NCBI GenBank assembly: GCA_943369315.1
Contig: CALRMW020000005.1
Coordinates: 123,956-187,955, forward strand
Source of the DNA: Synechococcus sp. UW140
Lineage (GTDB): Bacteria; Cyanobacteriota; Cyanobacteriia; PCC-6307; Cyanobiaceae
Direction of reading: 5' to 3'
Length of the DNA stretch: 64,000 nt
This document shows positions 61,981 to 64,000 of this stretch, one piece after another. Made by a program: the position numbers and the translations under genes. Below the pieces are notes generated by a model, which saw only the letters and a program-made list of their open reading frames with translations, ran no database searches and had not been told where the DNA came from. How positions within the stretch are numbered: the first letter of the stretch is position 1; the number at the start of each line of letters is the position of its first letter.

Positions 61981-63636
61981 ATGTTCAGGAAGACATTGCC
62001 GTTAACTATCCTGGGATTACTCATCGTCTTTGCATTGATTTCCCTGGCCGAGCTTCGCTCTACCACCTGGGACTGGGATATTGACCATAGGATGTATTTC
62101 GGGTCCAGACTGCTTCACGGGGAGCTTATATGGACTCGCGAATACGACGACAAATTGCCACTGATGCAGTTCCTTTTCGCCATACCAGCACTGGCCAGAT
62201 CAGTGCGGGTATGGCAGTTGATGTCATTGGCCATGCTCCTCTCAGCCGCCTATGGGATATTCCTCTGGCTAGACAGTGGCTTAAAGCGTGTCTGGAAGCT
62301 CACGGCCGGCCAATCAACTCGCATTGCCCTTGTCACCGCCTGCCTGTACCCCTATCTAATCGCGGTTCTTCCAGGATCGATCAGCCACCATAACTCAGCT
62401 ACAGCATCAATCTTTACCCTCGGCATTATCGCTTCACTACCTGCCCTGAATTCAAGTCATTCCAAGGTTGCAATCTGGTCGCCTTGGTCCATGCGGTATT
62501 GGATAGCAGCTCTGCTCATGGCATCCGCGATCTCCCTTAGGCCTTACTACCTGCTCCCAGGCCTCCTGGCAGCCCCTTGGCAAACTGCCAGGGAGCTTGT
62601 TCAGATCGACAGGCCACTTCAAGCCTGGACAGCGGCAAAGGCCATGGTGTTGCGAAGCACACAGTGGGCAGGGACCATTGCCTTGATCGGCCTCTTGCTC
62701 AACGCCCTTCCCTATGTTCTCAGCGGCAATATCAGTGCCTTCCAAAATGGTCTGATGCTGCTTTCACAGGATACGCTTCCATTTCAACTCGGGAGCATGC
62801 TCAAGATCCAGGCAAGCAACATATTCGAATCCAGGTTTGTGGTCTTCTTTGCCTTCGCGCTTCCCCCACTACTCTCCATCGGGATCCTCACCCAGATCTT
62901 CCAGAGGCGCCAAATTTTCACGATCCCGCTTCACTGGAGCAGAGTGCAGGCCGTTGACATCCTGTTCGCCTGCCTGCTAATGCCACTATCTCTTGAATGG
63001 ATCATTCTTACGAAGCATTATTTCCCTCATTACCAGCAACTTTTCGTTCCGCTAGTAACCTTGGCATTTGCTATGTTCCTAGCCAGTCTTGCCAAGTCCT
63101 TAAGCACTGAGCCAATCTCAATCTCCCCACATCAGTCCAAAGTTCTTTCTGCCTTCATCACACTGCTGATCCTGACAGCCTTTGGCACAGGACTAACCAC
63201 GCCACTCTCAAACCTAATTCATCCCCCGCTGGAACGCCGCATTGCCAGTGTTGCCAAGCTGAGCCCAAAAGGCGAGGACGGGCCCCTAGGAGAGAGCTTT
63301 CTTTTTCCCTCCAGCATGTACATCCATTGGAAATTTGACCAGTCTCGGCATTCGTTTCCCCATGCGGCAATGACAAGATTCATTCATGACGGATTCTGGA
63401 AAGATGCAAAGATTCCCGCCTCGCTTGGCTTCCCTTTCCCGACCAATACGATCGAATACTGTGATCAACTCAAAAACCATGGGCCTCAGAAGGTGATTGA
63501 TACGGCAGATAGCCCCAGCATCCAATGCCTGCAAACAGATGTGAAGGCAACCTATGTGAAGCGCCGAGAATTCCTACTACCTACTGGCGACTCTACCTTG
63601 CATCTGTACGAACGAAGCTCCTTACCCCTCTCCTGA
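61981..63636 (+). CDS. Low-GC polytopic membrane protein, probable GT-C-fold (ArnT/PMT-like) glycosyltransferase
   Basis: 551 aa. N-terminal TM, then loop DWDIDHRMY...YDDKLP, about 10 more TM helices, HYFPHYQQL and a soluble C-terminus. Confidence 0.6.
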   Translation: MFRKTLPLTILGLLIVFALISLAELRSTTWDWDIDHRMYFGSRLLHGELIWTREYDDKLPLMQFLFAIPALARSVRVWQLMSLAMLLSAAYGIFLWLDSGLKRVWKLTAGQSTRIALVTACLYPYLIAVLPGSISHHNSATASIFTLGIIASLPALNSSHSKVAIWSPWSMRYWIAALLMASAISLRPYYLLPGLLAAPWQTARELVQIDRPLQAWTAAKAMVLRSTQWAGTIALIGLLLNALPYVLSGNISAFQNGLMLLSQDTLPFQLGSMLKIQASNIFESRFVVFFAFALPPLLSIGILTQIFQRRQIFTIPLHWSRVQAVDILFACLLMPLSLEWIILTKHYFPHYQQLFVPLVTLAFAMFLASLAKSLSTEPISISPHQSKVLSAFITLLILTAFGTGLTTPLSNLIHPPLERRIASVAKLSPKGEDGPLGESFLFPSSMYIHWKFDQSRHSFPHAAMTRFIHDGFWKDAKIPASLGFPFPTNTIEYCDQLKNHGPQKVIDTADSPSIQCLQTDVKATYVKRREFLLPTGDSTLHLYERSSLPLS

Positions 63637-63642
63637 ATCAGG

Positions 63643-64000
63643 TTATCCCGTTGAAGTCCCATGGAACTTTTTGTACCAGGTAGCGAAGCGCTCCACCCCC
63701 GTTTCTATCGGGGTGCAGGGATGGAAACCCACCCAGTCCTCAAGGGCACTGGTGTCGGCTGCCGTGGCGGTCACATCGCCGAGCTGCATGGGCTGAAAAT
63801 CCTTGATCGTCTCGCAATCGAGGGCATTCTCGAGCACCTCAATGAAACGAAGGAGTTTGATCGGTTGGGAGTTTCCGAGATTGAACAGCCTGTACGGTGA
63901 GCTGGCAGTGGCTGGGTTGGGATCGAGCGGATCGAAGCCAGGATCTGCCGTCGCGGGCTTGTCGAGGCAACGGATCACCCCTTCGACGATGTCGTCGATG
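63643..64000 (-). CDS. NAD-dependent nucleotide-sugar epimerase (UDP-glucuronate 4-epimerase-like), C-terminal part; 5' end is beyond the window
   Basis: IDDIVEGVIRCLDKP, YRLFNLGNSQP, PMQLGDVTATAADT, GVERFATWY. Confidence 0.9.
   Translation of the reverse strand, partial: IDDIVEGVIRCLDKPATADPGFDPLDPNPATASSPYRLFNLGNSQPIKLLRFIEVLENALDCETIKDFQPMQLGDVTATAADTSALEDWVGFHPCTPIETGVERFATWYKKFHGTSTG

Overview
GC-rich (roughly 70% by eye) chromosome of a picocyanobacterium (Cyanobium / Synechococcus-like), judged from psbK, psbEFLJ, rub-ycf48, ndhCKJ and chlD and from gene order resembling my recollection of marine picocyanobacteria. Most of the window is housekeeping: cinA (partial), glyA, murJ, sfsA, amt, ispH, purH, cobS, tgt, pyrE, pgm, rdgB, hisB, fabI, phrB, folK, chlD, mlaD/F, yvcK and hisS. 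Two tRNAs are present, Arg-ACG and a CAT-anticodon tRNA. Four small islets of surface-glycan genes, visibly lower in GC, interrupt the core order at about 30.8-36.0, 39.1-40.3, 53.0-56.2 and 61.8-63.6 kb; none has an integrase or transposase. Three unannotated small ORFs fall outside the ORF track or are misstarted in it: a 54-aa leader-only Nif11-type peptide, a 52-aa secreted 4-Cys peptide and a 43-aa ORF before folK. A 75-aa (EGG)n-tailed exported peptide is divergent from a PiuC-type Fe/2OG hydroxylase. Other points of interest are a DUF4278-like YRG-repeat gene divergent from amt, a phosphorylase-kinase-like GH15 protein and a 36-bp near-perfect palindrome at an islet edge. No CRISPR array, rRNA or intact mobile element was seen. 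All calls were made by eye with no database searches, and many start codons are best guesses.
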